Assembly (NCBI GenBank): GCA_964016885.1
Contig: OZ024742.1
Span: 293,322,001 to 293,386,000 of the forward strand
Direction of reading: 5' to 3'
Origin: Eledone cirrhosa
Taxonomy: Eukaryota
DNA length: 64,000 bases
Below the pieces are notes generated by a model. The model had not been told where the DNA came from. It did not search any database and saw only the letters and a list, made by a program, of their open reading frames with translations. How positions within the stretch are numbered: the first letter of the stretch is position 1; each line of letters starts with the position of its first letter. A program made the translations under genes and the position numbers. Positions 1 to 51,100 of this stretch are shown piece after piece.

Positions 1-845
1 TATCACGGTTTTCATTGACACATATCCTAGCAATCCTGAACACCTCACGTTTTTGGTCCTCGCGTTGTAGAACATGCTTGAACTTTCTTTCCTCTGCTTC
101 CCTTCTTGCGAAGTACACTTGTCTCCTAGCTTCCCTCCTGCCCACTTGATAGTCTCCTCTTCTTCCTCCATCCTGCCATGCTTTCCAAGCCTGCTTTTTG
201 GCCTTGATTGACCCCTCCACCTTACTGTTCCACCACCAAGTTACTCTCCTCCTGCCTATAGGTCTGCTCCAGCCACAGGTTTCATCTGTCACCTTCAGCA
301 GGTTAGCTTTCAGGAAATCCCACTGTTCCTCTATATTGTATGAATCTAATTGCTCTTCCTTACTATCAAAAGCATCAAGTAATATGCTTTTAAATTTATT
401 ACTGGCTATGGGGTCCTTTAACTTCCATATTTTTCTCCTGAGGATAGTCCTCTTCTGTTGTCGAGTACGCCTCGTCCTGACTATGAGGTCGCTAATTATG
501 AGTCTATTTTGAGAGGTGCATTCTTCATGGGTGAGGGATTTAGTGTTTACAACAGACACTCTGTCACGTCTTCTGGTAAGGATATAATCTATCTGGATGG
601 TGTGTTCCCCTGATCTATAGGTGATCAAGTGATTGTCTCGTTTTTTTAAGTTAGTGTTACAGATAGTTAGGTTATTTGCGTCACAGAATTCCAGGATTCT
701 GGAGCCTTCCTCATTTCTAGTACCAAACCCATAGCCTCCATGGATTCCGTCATAGTTGTCACAATGTTGTTCAACGTGATCATTTAGGTCGCCAGCGATA
801 ACTATGTAGTCACTGTCGGTTATTTGGGAGGTAGTGAGCATTAAC
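1..845 (-). mobile_element. 5'-truncated RTE-clade LINE (C-terminal half of APE endonuclease plus linker), continuing off the left edge
   Basis: Minus-strand frame from 841 to base 2, about 280 codons with no stop found by eye: MLTTSQITDSDYIVIAGDLNDHV...GGYGFGTRNEEGSRILEFCDANNLTICNT...LITYRSGEHTIQIDYIL...KIWKLKD...TWWWNSKV...KKQAWKAWQ. GD(F/L)N, GxRNxEG and IDYIL are typical RTE endonuclease motifs. Absent from the ORF track because it runs off the window. Confidence 0.9.
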
Positions 846-3477
846 GTCTCAAGGGGGGGGGGGTTATCTTAGCCATCCACGGCCGAAATAAAGAAGAGGA
901 GTCCTTGCATTCTCGTCCGGCAGCATGAGGTGAATTTGTCTTTATCTTTGGCATTGTCACAGAGTGTCCAGATTTTTTCTTTTCAAACTCTCCAGAATTC
1001 CGTAGTCCATCCATCATATCGAAAGGCAACCAGGTAAGTGATAGCATAGGCCGCTGACTTATGATTGGCCCACGTAATAATGATGGGGCGGGTGGGGTAG
1101 TTAGCGAGAAGGTTAAGGTTTAAATAAGATCCCCGTATTTTGGGCATAATTTAACAAGCATAAAAAATACAAGGTTTGTTTTGAAAAATACGATAGAATT
1201 ATCTAATAGAAAAGCAAAGATCGGATTTTGGGCGAAATGATATAGTGACTCTAATTAAGTATTGGGTGCTGACTTAATCTCTAACAACCCGTCCAACCCA
1301 TGCCAGTATGGAAAAGCGGATGTAAAATGATTTGTCCTGTTGATATTAAAAAGGTTAATATCTTGCTAGTTAGTTTTAATTGTTTATTTATGTCATCTGT
1401 GCTATCTAATTTATGTAATTAACTCCTAAGCAGCTTTATCAAGGCTGTACTTCAATGTATCTACTACAGAGGTTAATTGGTAGAGTTGTTAGAAAGTAGG
1501 AGAAAATGACTTGTGGTATTTGTTCTGGCTTTCTTCACTCCAGGACCAAACCCTTCCTGAGGTCAACTTCACCTTATAGGATATTATATATTTTGGGGTC
1601 GATAAAGTACCAGTCAAGGGGTTAGATTAATTGTGTTTAACTCATGTTCATAAAGTCATGGCTTTGATTCCAAGACTGCATAGTGCATTGTGTTCTTGAG
1701 CAGGACTCTTTTCATAAGACTAGGGTCTGTGTCATTGAAACACCTGAGAAATCTCTTATGAGATGCTATCTTGTAGGCCACCGAAATTAAATGTGAGCTA
1801 TAAGAACAACAACATTGGCGGAATTGTTAAAGTATCAGATGAGATATCTAATGATATATTTTCCAACTCTTTGCATCCTGAGTTGTTGCCAACAGGAATT
1901 GTTCAGTCTGAGCATACAGAAGACACTTACCTAAGGCTTACCCATAATTTGCACCCAAAGAAAGACTCATACATCTGGACCAACAAGCTGCACGTAAACA
2001 CAAACAAAGCCTACTATATCCAGACATGTTGGTTGTCAGTAAGCCAATTAATTAGGATAGTGTTATTACAGAAAAACTTATCAGAATTTGTAGTAAATTA
2101 TAAAAACTTTATTATCATATCAGAATAAGTTCTCAGGTATTTAACCTTGGTCATTTTTATCTGCAAATTTTTTTTGTTTAAATTAAAAAAAGCTATCAAA
2201 GAGTTATAATTTTAAAAAAATAAATAAATAAATAAATAAAAAAATTAAATTTAAAAAAAAAAAATTCTAAAGCAAGGAATCTTATTTGATTCCAGGAAGT
2301 AATTAAGATACAACTCTTCAAATTTCTTTTACTAAATAGCTATAAAATATCGATAATTAAATGTTTTTTTTAGAATTTGTGTAAGCTTTATCTTCTGAGA
2401 TATAAAATAGTTTTTAGAGTAATCAGAATTTATTAAAGGTCATGAGACTGACCTTGATAATGTTTGGTCTGTGATTTAATGGGTGTATAATTATAAAAGA
2501 ATATGAATATGCAAATATTTCAAAGCCTCTGAAAAGGATCATGGACATTGCCCTTCCCTCTTTGACTAAGCAGTATAAAAACATTGTTTTAAATGTTTGA
2601 TCATCTTTCCATTTCTATGTCTTCTTACACTCCTCAACTTCATTCTTCTGCTAAGATCAACTCTGTTTTTCATCCTTCTGTGTTCAATAAAATAAAATAC
2701 CAGTCAAATGTTGGACCTCTATCAAATGAGTGTTCCAGAGGTTTGAAACAATGAAACAGCCTGCTCGTGAAATTAATGTAGAAGTGACTGAACATTCCAC
2801 TGACACGTGTACCCATAATGTAGTTATCAGGGAGATTCAGCATGACACAGTATGTGAGAAGGCTGGTCCTTTTCAGTTATAACTACAATTGACTGGAGCA
2901 ATGTGAAAGAAAGTCTCTTAGGAATTTCTGGCAGTGTATTGTGTTCTTGACTAACTGATAATCTTGTACTTTCATTACCGATCAAGTACTGGAGTTAATG
3001 TGATTGATTTCCTCTTCCCCCTAAATTGTTGACCTTGTGCCTAAATTAGAAACAATTATTAAAGTCATTGCTTCAAATTACAGACATTTTTGAAATTTCA
3101 TTTTCTTCAATTAAAATATTTTTTATGAATGATCTTAACGTATTATCGATTTGAGTGTTTGCCAATGTTTTACACTTGACAAATTAAAAATGTTAAGTTA
3201 ATAAATATTTCTTTTAGATTTCTCAAACCATTTTACATTTGAGACAGTAATTATTTAATTATATTATCTATAATTTCAAATTTCCTATTTTTCATTTTTA
3301 CATAGTTTATTATTAAAGATAAAAATAAAGATAATACAATATTCACTTAACATATTGGAAATCTAATGAAAATGTAATTAAACTTATCTGAGTTGGCTAA
3401 TTTATGGTTTGACTGTGTTTCCTTTTTTAAAATGAAAATCTTTTGTTTACTAATTTTTTCATACAAATGATTTAATA

Positions 3478-3697
3478 ATGGTTTCTGATTTAGGCACAAG
3501 ACCAACAATTTTTTCTTTTAGGAGAGGGGAAAGTCAATTAAATTGACCCCAATTCATTACTGGTGCTTTATTTTATCGACCCCATAAGGAGGCAAAGTTA
3601 ACCTCGACGGGATTTGAACTCAGAACATAAAGAGCCATAACTCTATGCTACGAAGCATAGTGTCTGATGCTCTATTGATACTGCCAATCCACTGCCC
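3478..3697 (-). mobile_element. tRNA-derived SINE, family A
   Basis: Same family as 7433-7621 (GGATTTGAACTCAG B-box complement; TTTTATCGACCCC core). Confidence 0.75.
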
Positions 3698-4463
3698 AAT
3701 GTTATAGATTTAATAAAAATACATCATACAAACAGCTTGGTTAATTTTCAGGAAAATAAAGTATGTAGTAGCTTTAGGTGGAGCTAGAAAACAATCTGAG
3801 GTAACACCAATACAAGAATATATAAAGGTGAACAGGAGCAAGTCTGAGGAATTTCTAACTAGTTGCTGCTTTCAGAGTACACACATTGTCTTTTACATCT
3901 ACTTTTCTCACAAGGTCACTCTGCAACCCAGTGCTTACTGCCTTACACCCCTGATTCTGTCTTCCTCGTGTAACCCATGCCAGCATGGGTAGATGTTTGT
4001 ACCCCTCTAATGTACTGCCAGATATCATTCACTCTTTACAAGGCCATCCCCATAACTCAGTGCTTACTCTCTCTCTCCCTGTCTCCAATTGTGGGATGGC
4101 TTCTTCTCTTAGAAAACGTGTAGTTTACTCCCCCACCCCATCACTGCCATACCCAGCTTAGCTGAGTATATAACATACATTTTAGCATTTTAAAATGGTA
4201 GTGCTGATGTGCCATGATAAAAAGCACTTCAAATGTTAAACCACTGACATACACAGATGCAAAAAAATAAAAATGTAAACACGCACGCGCATGCACACAC
4301 ACACACTGTGCAAGTGAGAAAGGTTCTCTGATCTGTCTGGTCTCAAACCATGACAATTTGTCCAATCCCTGCCAACATGGAAAACAGACATACAATGATG
4401 ACGTTGTTAAATATATACACACATGACTAATTTCCACACAATTTTTGTCTAGCAAATTTTACT

Positions 4464-4848
4464 TATTCTCGGGTCATGAATTATAAACCCCCCCTCCCAC
4501 TCATTAATTTTTCAGCCCCCCCCCCCCCCCCCCCCATCCCGTTCATATTCCACCTTTCCCCACTTCTTAAAATAAAATTTCACCGGATATAGATTAGAAA
4601 AAAATTTAAGTGGTAGCATTCCTGTGACAATTAATTTTCTTGATACATTAAAAAAAACATTATACATGACAAAAAAAGTACATTACTAGAAATGCCATAC
4701 ATTATAAAATAGATAGGATGGGTTGGGGCTTCAGTATGTAAACTAAACAACTAATTCTATTTTTTTTTAAATCAACGGAGACAACCTAGAAAAATTACCA
4801 CCCCCATCCCCGTTTTTCCACCCCTCTATTATTTTGGATCTGAGAGTA
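4464..4848. mobile_element. TA-flanked MITE (TIR about CTCTCGGGTCCCAAATAA)
   Basis: Degenerate TIRs; internal sequence shared with 9718-10116 (opposite orientation) and 34309-34649. Confidence 0.7.
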
Positions 4849-7041
4849 CAAGACATTGAGGTTATAGTAGAAGATACTTGTTCAAGGTGTCTCAGTGCAA
4901 TCAGACTTGAAATCATGTGGTTGCAGAACAAACTGCTTCACCACATGGCTATGCCTGCACCTATTTGTTATTTATCAGACTAACAAACAAGCTTTCACAT
5001 ATTACTCAAATTGCTTAATTTAGCAGCTAAATTTTCTTCCAAGATATTCTCCTCTTCAACTTTTTAATTCTGCTTATTTTTTCCTTTGTCTCTGGCTGTA
5101 TGTACAGATCAATAAGTGAAACTGAGATTTCATTGATTATGTACATAGATAACAATATCTCCTCAAATAAAAAAAAAATGTTTTTTTAAATGTCATATTG
5201 GATTATGTATTCATAGGTACATTATGTCTGAATAAATCTCATATTAGCTATGGCTGGAATATTTTTGAGTATAAGTTTACTCAAACATGACTGGTCTGTG
5301 ACATCCAATCCAAGCCAATGTGGAAAGCAAATATAAAAATGATGTTAATATGTTTGCTACTAATGAATTGAAACAACTTATTCTATAACAAAGCTGTTCT
5401 GCTAGAGAATGGGTCGCATGTGGCAGGCAGCAATACAGCCTCCAGATATGATGGTTAGTTGTGATATAAGCTTGCTCCAGCTGGATGAATGTAGCTCCCA
5501 AGAAAACTAGTTATGACTATTAAATTTTCTTTGTGGTTGATTTGCATATAAATACTTCATCATCATCATTGAACGTCTGTTTTCCCTGCAAGCAAAGGAT
5601 GGAGGCAGGAGGTGGGGTAATCCCAGACCAAACCAGTAATTGGAACTACTGATTTCTTAGACAGACCAGGTGTCACATTGCATTTACATACATTCCTGCA
5701 CTCTAGGGTTAGTAAAATATAATAATTGCAAGGTCCTGGTAAGCATGGCCTATAACAGGGTTCAGACAACATAGTGGTCTGGGCCCAGGAAACTCAAGGT
5801 GGAGTCCATGAATATCTGATGCCCCCCCCCCCCCCCCCCACTCCTTCACCACTAAAACTTTTGGGTCTCTTTGAATTTTGAGAAGAGCTCCCTCCCAATG
5901 TAGTCATAATCTTTTTTGATAAATTTCTTTAGGAGGCCTTGCTAGCAAGTTGTGACACTGGTTTACCTTCAATTATTGGTTGTTGTTATTTCGCTTCACT
6001 TAAGTCTTTTTTGTTTGCTAACGTATGAATGTCACATCTCATTTCTTGTCTTCTATAGAGATAAAAAGGTCTTCAAATTTACGTAAAATCTAATAATGAT
6101 TTCTTACAACAGTAAATCATATTGATTAGAATACTTGATTGTTACTTATTTTATTGGCCTCAGCAGGATTTGAACACAGATTTAAACTTCTTCATAAAAA
6201 TTTAAAAGGATAAATGCATCTGACCTATGTAATTTTGCATTAAAACATGTACATGTTTAAAAATAGTAATTAACTCTTAAAGTTTTGTTTTTATAATTTT
6301 TATTTGTATTTCTTGCTAAGATTGTAAGATAGATAAATCTCATTTGATTTCAAGAATCAATTAAAATGTAAATCTTCAGGTTTCTAATTAGAGAATCATG
6401 AAATGTTGATATTTAGACTATTTTGGGGATGGTTTGGTGGTGATGGTGGTGGATAACTTGTGTAGAATATAAAATAGAAAAATATCTGACTATCTAGTAT
6501 ACTATATAACAATGATTTTGATAATGTGCATTTGGTAGTTTGATCAACTGATCATCCATCTTGTGGATTAATGTGTATTAAAGTATTCCACAGACACGTG
6601 TAAAAAAAAAAAAAAGACCCCCTTTGATCATGAGTGACCATGGCTTTTACACCTAGCAAGTTTCCCTTTGAGATACAAGCCCAGGCAAGGTGTTTTTGTG
6701 GAAGACCAGCAGTCGCTCATGCATACCAGTCTTCCTTCTCCACATCTCCAAAGTAATCCAAGGGAAAGGGACGATGTGTTTTGCACCTAGAAAGTTCCCC
6801 TTTGAGGAAGGCAAGTTGTTTTTTTTTTTTTTCTAGTTTATAATACACACTTTTTTATCCACAAAATTTAATGTCAAAATCTGCCTACAGTATACAGGCA
6901 TGGCTAAGTGGTTAAGAAATTCACTTCAAATCATGAAGATCTGGGTTTGATCCCACTGCATGGCATCTCAAGCAAGTGTGTTTAACACACACTCAAGTCA
7001 ACCTAAGTTTTGTAAATGAAATTTGGTTGACAAGAAACTGT

Positions 7042-7269
7042 TTAACCCTTTAGCATTTAACTGGCTACATCCACCCAGAATTATCTCACCTCATTCTGTT
7101 CAAACCAGCTGTAACTGGCCGCTCATACTTATGTTAAGGTATTGTTCTCAAAATAAATAATATCAAAATCTCATAGATTCAATATTGTGCAAGATAATTA
7201 TGTGACATGAAGTATTTACCATGAAAATACAATAGTAAATATAGAGTAATGTAAATGGTAACGGGTTAA
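7042..7269 (+). mobile_element. TTAA-flanked piggyBac-like MITE, family 1
   Basis: TTAA-CCCTTTAGCATTTA ... TAAATGGTAACGGG-TTAA; internal match to 38571-38805. Confidence 0.75.
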
Positions 7270-7432
7270 TTAACTATACCTGTAATTCAAAGTATCATAT
7301 ATTGTGTCTGGACGATTTGGCTTGGGAATTACATTATAGGTATACATGTCTGTAGAATACTCAGCCACAAATGAAACCTCCAGTTCAATGAACAGCTGAA
7401 TGCACATTTTCAAGCGTCCATTATCATGATAA

Positions 7433-7621
7433 TAATTGTTTCTACTTTAGGCACAAGGCCAGCAATTACCCAGTGCATTACTGGTACTTTATTTTATCGA
7501 CCCCGTAAGGATGAAAGGCAAAGTCAACCTCGGCAGGATTTGAACTCAGATCGTAAAGGGACGTAACTATGCTGGAAAGCATGGCGTCCGACCCTCTACC
7601 GATACTGCCAATCCACCGCCC
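7433..7621 (-). mobile_element. tRNA-derived SINE, family A (best-preserved copy)
   Basis: Reverse complement has A-box TGGCAGTATCGG, B-box GAGTTCAAATCC, core GGTTGACTTTGCCTTTCATCCTTACGGGGTCGATAAAATAAAGTACCAG and tail GGCCTTGTGCCTAAAGTAGAAACAATTATT. Other copies near 1475, 3478, 7640, 13955, 17255, 28790, 30250, 36845, 37530 and 41400. Confidence 0.85.
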
Positions 7622-8080
7622 TATTATCATGATAATAATGGTTTCTAATTTAGGTACAACATCCAACAATATTTTTTGGGGCGAAGTAGAAAGTCAATTA
7701 TACCAATCACTAGTATTTTTATTATATCAACCCAGGAAGTATGAAAAGTGAAGTTAACCTCAGCAGGATATGAAACAAGGACTGTAATGAAATACTGTAA
7801 TGTATTTGATCTAACACACTAATGATTCTACAAATCCACTGCTCTCATCATCATCATAACATGTATACTACATTTCATCCATGTATAAGTATAGCTGTAT
7901 TGCTCTATTACATGTTCCAGTCGACAGGCTGTGGCCATGCTGGAGCACCATCATTACATGTTTTTTTTTTTTTTTTAAATAGTTTTCTTTATGCACTTTA
8001 TACATTGATGCATCTTATATCTTGAAGAATTTGGTACTTATATTCTTTGACTAATTCTATTTTTTTTATTTTATTTGCAG

Positions 8081-44440
<36,360 letters not shown>

Positions 44441-44559
44441 GTAAGACATATTTCATCATATTTCAAAATAAGTTGGGAGTAAGGCAGCAGATATTGTGAC
44501 AAACTCTTTATGAAAAGAAAAACTAAGTACATATCTGACCAATGAATTGTAGATGATGA

Positions 44560-44972
44560 TTGGAATAGAACCAGTGTTGAATGTTGTGAAGAGAAGTAAA
44601 ATGAGATGGTTGGCTTATGTGTTGAGGAAGGAGGAATGTTTTGAAGAGGAAATGGTTAAGCCATGTGTTAAGGAAGGATGAAAGTGACTTATTGTGAGAA
44701 ATAGAACTAGTGATGAATGTTATGAAGGGAAATGGAATGAAATGGTTGTGTCATGTGTTGAGAAAGGATGAAAGTGACTGTGTGAAAGGAGTGACAGAAA
44801 TTACAAGAAGAGGAAGACCAAGATAGACGGATAAAGATGACACAGGAAATGAAAGACAGGGAGTTGGTGAAGGGGGAATTCACAAGATAGAGCAAAATGG
44901 AGAAGATGCTTGAAGAGACCCATCCAACCTGTGCGAGCATGCAAAAATGGGCATGAAATGATAATTACGATG
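44560..44972 (+). mobile_element. Degenerate 3' end of RTE LINE
   Basis: AGATGGTTGGCTTATGTGTTGAGGAAGG (partly triplicated), AGAAGAGGAAGACCAAG and the shared GACCCATCCAACCTGTGCGAGCATG tail. Confidence 0.6.
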
Positions 44973-45104
44973 CTCTAAGGTATGTTTTCCTGCAAGAAAA
45001 GTTATAGACAGTTAAACTTGCTTGAAGCAATTGATTTTAGTAGTTGTAATGGAGTTGTCTACCATGATTTATTTATATCATTTTGCCCTATCCTGTGCAG
45101 TCAT

Positions 45105-48100
45105 ATCCACAACCAACACAATGTTCTCTCTACAGTATACATTATATACCCACACCAACACAATTTTCTCTCTACAGTATACATTATATACCCATACCAA
45201 CACAATGTTCTCTCTACAGTATACAGTATATACCCATACCAACACAATGTTCTCTCTACAGTATACAGTATATACCCATACCAACACAATTTTCTCCCTA
45301 CAGTATACATTATATACCAATACCAACACAATTTTCTCTCTACAGTATACATTATATACCCATACCAACACAATGTTCTCTACAGTATACATTATATACC
45401 CATACTAACACAATTTTCTCTCTACCGTATACATTATATACCCATACCAACACAATTTTCTCTCTACAGTATACATTATATACCCATACCAACACAATTT
45501 TCTCTCTACAGTATACATTATATACCCATACCAACACAATTTTCTCTCTACAGTATACATTATATACCCATACCAACACAATGTTCTCTCTACAGTATAC
45601 AGTATATACATATACCAACACAATGTTCTCTCTACAGTATACAGTATATACCCATACCAACACAATTTTCTCTCTACAGTATACATTATATACCAATACC
45701 AACACAATTTTCTCTCTACAGTATACATTATATACCAATACCAACACAATTTTCTTTCTACGGTATACATTATATACCCATACCAACACAATGTTCTCTA
45801 CAGTATACATTATATACCCATACTAACACAATTTTCTCTCTACAGTATACATTATATACCCATACCAACACAATTTTCTCTCTACAGTATACATTATATA
45901 CTCATACGAACACAATTTTCTCTCTACAGTATACATTATATACCCATACCAACACAATTTTCTCTCTACAGTATACATTATATACCCATACCAACACAAT
46001 GTTCTCTACAGTATACATTATATACCCATACCAACACAATTTTCTCTCTACAGTATACATTATATACCCATACCAACACAATTTTCTCTCTACAGTATAC
46101 ATTATATACCCATACCAACACAATTTTCTCTCTACAGTATACATTATATACCCATACCAACACAATTTTCTCTCTACAGTATACATTATATACCCATACC
46201 AACACAATTTTCTCTCTACAGTATACATTATATACCCATACCAACACAATTTTCTCTCTACAGTATACATTATATACCCATACCAACACAATTTTCTCTC
46301 TACAGTATACATTATATACCCATACCAACACAATTTTCTCTCTACAATATACATTATATACCCATACCAACACAATTTTCTCTCTACAGTATACATTATA
46401 TACCCATACCAACACAATTTTCTCTCTACAGTATACATTATATACCCATACCAACACAATTTTCTCTCTACAGTATACATTATATACCCATACCAACACA
46501 ATTTTCTCTCTACAGTATACATTATATACCCATACCAACACAATTTTCTCTCTACAGTATACATTATATACCCATACCAACACAATGTTCTCTACAGTAT
46601 ACATTATATACCCATACCAACACAATTTTCTCTCTACAGTATGCATTATATACCCATACCAACACAATTTTCTCTCTACAGTATACATTATATACCCATA
46701 CCAACACAATTTTCTCTCTACAGTATACATTATATACCCATACCAACACAATTTTCTCTCTACAGTATACATTATATACCCATACCAACACAATTTTCTC
46801 TCTACAGTATACATTATATACCCATACCAACACAATTTTCTCTCTACAGTATACATTATATACCCATACCAACACAATTTTCTCTCTACAGTATACATTA
46901 TATACCCATACCAACACAATTTTCTCTCTACAGTATACATTATATACCCATACCAACACAATTTTCTCTCTACAGTATACATTATATACCCATACCAACA
47001 CAATTTTCTCTCTACAGTATACATTATATACCCATACCAACACAATTTTCTCTCTACAGTATACATTATATACCCATACCAACACAATGTTCTCTCTACA
47101 GTATACAGTATATACATATACCAACACAATGTTCTCTCTACAGTATACAGTATATACCCATACCAACACAATTTTCTCTCTACAGTATACATTATATACC
47201 AATACCAACACAATTTTCTCTCTACAGTATACATTATATACCAATACCAACACAATTTTCTCTCTACGGTATACATTATATACCCATACCAACACAATGT
47301 TCTCTACAGTATACATTATATACCCATACTAACACAATTTTCTCTCTACAGTATACATTATATACCCATACCAACACAATTTTCTCTCTACAGTATACAT
47401 TATATACTCATACGAACACAATTTTCTCTCTACAGTATACATTATATACCCATACCAACACAATTTTCTCTCTACAGTATACATTATATACCCATACCAA
47501 CACAATGTTCTCTACAGTATACATTATATACCCATACCAACACAATTTTCTCTCTACAGTATACATTATATACCCATACCAACACAATTTTCTCTCTACA
47601 GTATACATTATATACCCATACCAACACAATTTTCTCTCTACAGTATACATTATATACCCATACCAACACAATTTTCTCTCTACAGTATACATTATATACC
47701 CATACCAACACAATTTTCTCTCTACAGTATACATTATATACCCATACCAACACAATTTTCTCTCTACAGTATACATTATATACCCATACCAACACAATTT
47801 TCTCTCTACAGTATACATTATATACCCATACCAACACAATTTTCTCTCTACAATATACATTATATACCCATACCAACACAATTTTCTCTCTACAGTATAC
47901 ATTATATACCCATACCAACACAATTTTCTCTCTACAGTATACATTATATACCCATACCAACACAATTTTCTCTCTACAGTATACATTATATACCCATACC
48001 AACACAATTTTCTCTCTACAGTATACATTATATACCCATACCAACACAATTTTCTCTCTACAGTATACATTATATACCCATACCAACACAATGTTCTCTA

Positions 48101-51100
48101 CAGTATACATTATATACCCATACCAACACAATTTTCTCTCTACAGTATACATTATATACCCATACCAACACAATTTTCTCTCTACAGTATACATTATATA
48201 CCCATACCAACACAATTTTCTCTCTACAGTATACATTATATACCCATACCAACACAATTTTCTCTCTACAGTATACATTATATACCCATACCAACACAAT
48301 TTTCTCTCTACAATATACATTATATACCCATACCAACACAATTTTCTCTCTACAGTATACATTATATACCCATACCAACACAATGTTCTCTCTACAGTAT
48401 ACAGTATATACATATACCAACACAATGTTCTCTCTACAGTATACAGTATATACCCATACCAACACAATTTTCTCTCTACAGTATACATTATATACCAATA
48501 CCAACACAATTTTCTCTCTACAGTATACATTATATACCAATACCAACACAATTTTCTCTCTACGGTATACATTATATACCCATACCAACACAATGTTTTC
48601 TACAGTATACATTATATACCCATACTAACACAATTTTCTCTCTACAGTATACATTATATACCCATACCAACACAATGTTCTCTCTACAGTATACAGTATA
48701 TACCCATACCAACACAATGTTCTCTCTACAGTATACATTATATACCCATACCAACACAATGTTCTCTCTACAGTATACAGTATATACCCATACCAACACA
48801 ATGTTCTCTCTATAGTATACAGTATATACCCATACCAACACAATGTTCTCTCTACAGTATACATTATATACCCATACCAACACAATGTTCTCTCTACAGT
48901 ATACATTATATACCCATACCAACACAATGTTCTCTCTACAGTATACATTATATACCCATACCAACACAATGTTCTCTCTACAGTATACATTATATACCCA
49001 TACCAACACAATGTTCTCCCTACAGTATACAGTATATACCCATACCAACAAAATGTTCTCTCTACAGTATACATTATTTACCCATACCAACACAATGTTC
49101 TCTTTACAGTATACATTATATACCCATACCAACACGATGTTCTCTCTACAGTATACATTATATACCCATACCAACAGAATGTTCTCTCTACAGTATACAT
49201 TATATACCCATACCAACACAATGTTCTCTACAGTATACATCATATACCCATACCAACACAATTTTCTCTCTACAGTATGCATTATATACCCATACCAACA
49301 CAATTTTCTCTCTACAGTATACATTATATACCCATACCAACACAATTTTCTCTCTACAGTATACATTATATACCCATACCAACACAATTTTCTCTCTACA
49401 GTATACATTATATACCGATACCAACACAATTTTCTCTCTACAGTATACATTATATACCCATACCAACACAATTTTATCTCTACAGTATACATTATATACT
49501 CATACCAACACAATTTTCTCTCTACAGTATACATTATATTCCCATACCAACACAATTTTCTCTCTACAGTATACATTATATACCCATACCAACACAATGT
49601 TCTCTACAGTATACATTATATACCCATGCCAACACAATTTTATCTCTACAGTATACATTATATACCCATACCAACACAATTTTCTCTCTACAGTATACAT
49701 TATATACCCATACCAACACAATTTTCTCTCTACAGTATACATTATATACCCATACCAACACAATTTTCTCTCTACAGTATACATTATATACCGATACCAA
49801 CACAATTTTCTCTCTACAGTATACATTATATACCCATACCAACACAATGTTCTCTACAGTATACATTATATACCCATACCAATACAATGTTCTCTACAGT
49901 ATACATTATATACCCATACCAACACAATTTTCTCTCTACAGTATACATTATATACCCATACCAACACAATTTTCTCTCTACAGTATACATTATATACCCA
50001 TACCAACACAATTTTCTCTCTACAGTATACATTATATACCCATACCAACACAATTTTCTCTCTACAGTATACATTATATACCCATACCAACACAATTTTC
50101 TCTCTACAGTATACATTATATACCCATACCAACACAATTTTCTCTCTACAGTATACAGTATATACCCATACCAACAAAATATTCTCTCTACAGTATACAT
50201 TATATACCCATACCAACACAATGTTCTCTCTACAGTATACATTATATACCCATACCAACACAATTTTCTCTCTACAGTATACATTATATACCCATACCAA
50301 CACAATGTTCTCTACAGTATACATTATATACCCATACCAACACAATTTTCTCTCTACAGTATGCATTATATACCCATACCAACACAATTTTCTCTCTGCA
50401 GTATACATTATATACCCATACCAACACAATTTTCTCTCTACAGTATACATTATATACCCATACCAACACAATTTTCTCTCTACAGTATACAGTATATACC
50501 CATACCAACACAATGTTCTCTCTATATTATACATTATATACCCATACCAACACAATTTTCTCTCTACAGTATACATTATATACCCATACCAACACAATGT
50601 TCTCTACAGTATACAGTATATACCCATACCAACACAATGTTCTCTCTACAGTATATACCCATACCAACACAATGTTCTCTCTACAGTATACAGTATATAC
50701 CCATACCAACACAATTTTCTCTCTACAGTATACATTATATACCCATACCAACACAATGTTCTCTCTATAGTATACAGTATATACCCATACCAACACAATT
50801 TTCTCTCTACATTATACAGTATATACCCATACCAACACAATTTTCTCTCTATATTATACAGTATATACCCATACCAACACAATTTTCTCTCTATAGTATA
50901 CATTATATACCCATACCAACACAATGTTCTCTCTATAGTATACAGTATATACCCATACCAACACAATTTTCTCTCTACAGTATACAGTATATACCCATAC
51001 CAACACAATTTTCTCTCTACAGTGTACATTATATACCCATACCAACACAATGTTCTCTCTATAGTATACATTATATACCCATACCAACACAATGTTCTCT

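Noticed and set aside
198-512. 104-aa + strand ORF
   Set aside because: Antisense shadow of the RTE LINE coding frame.
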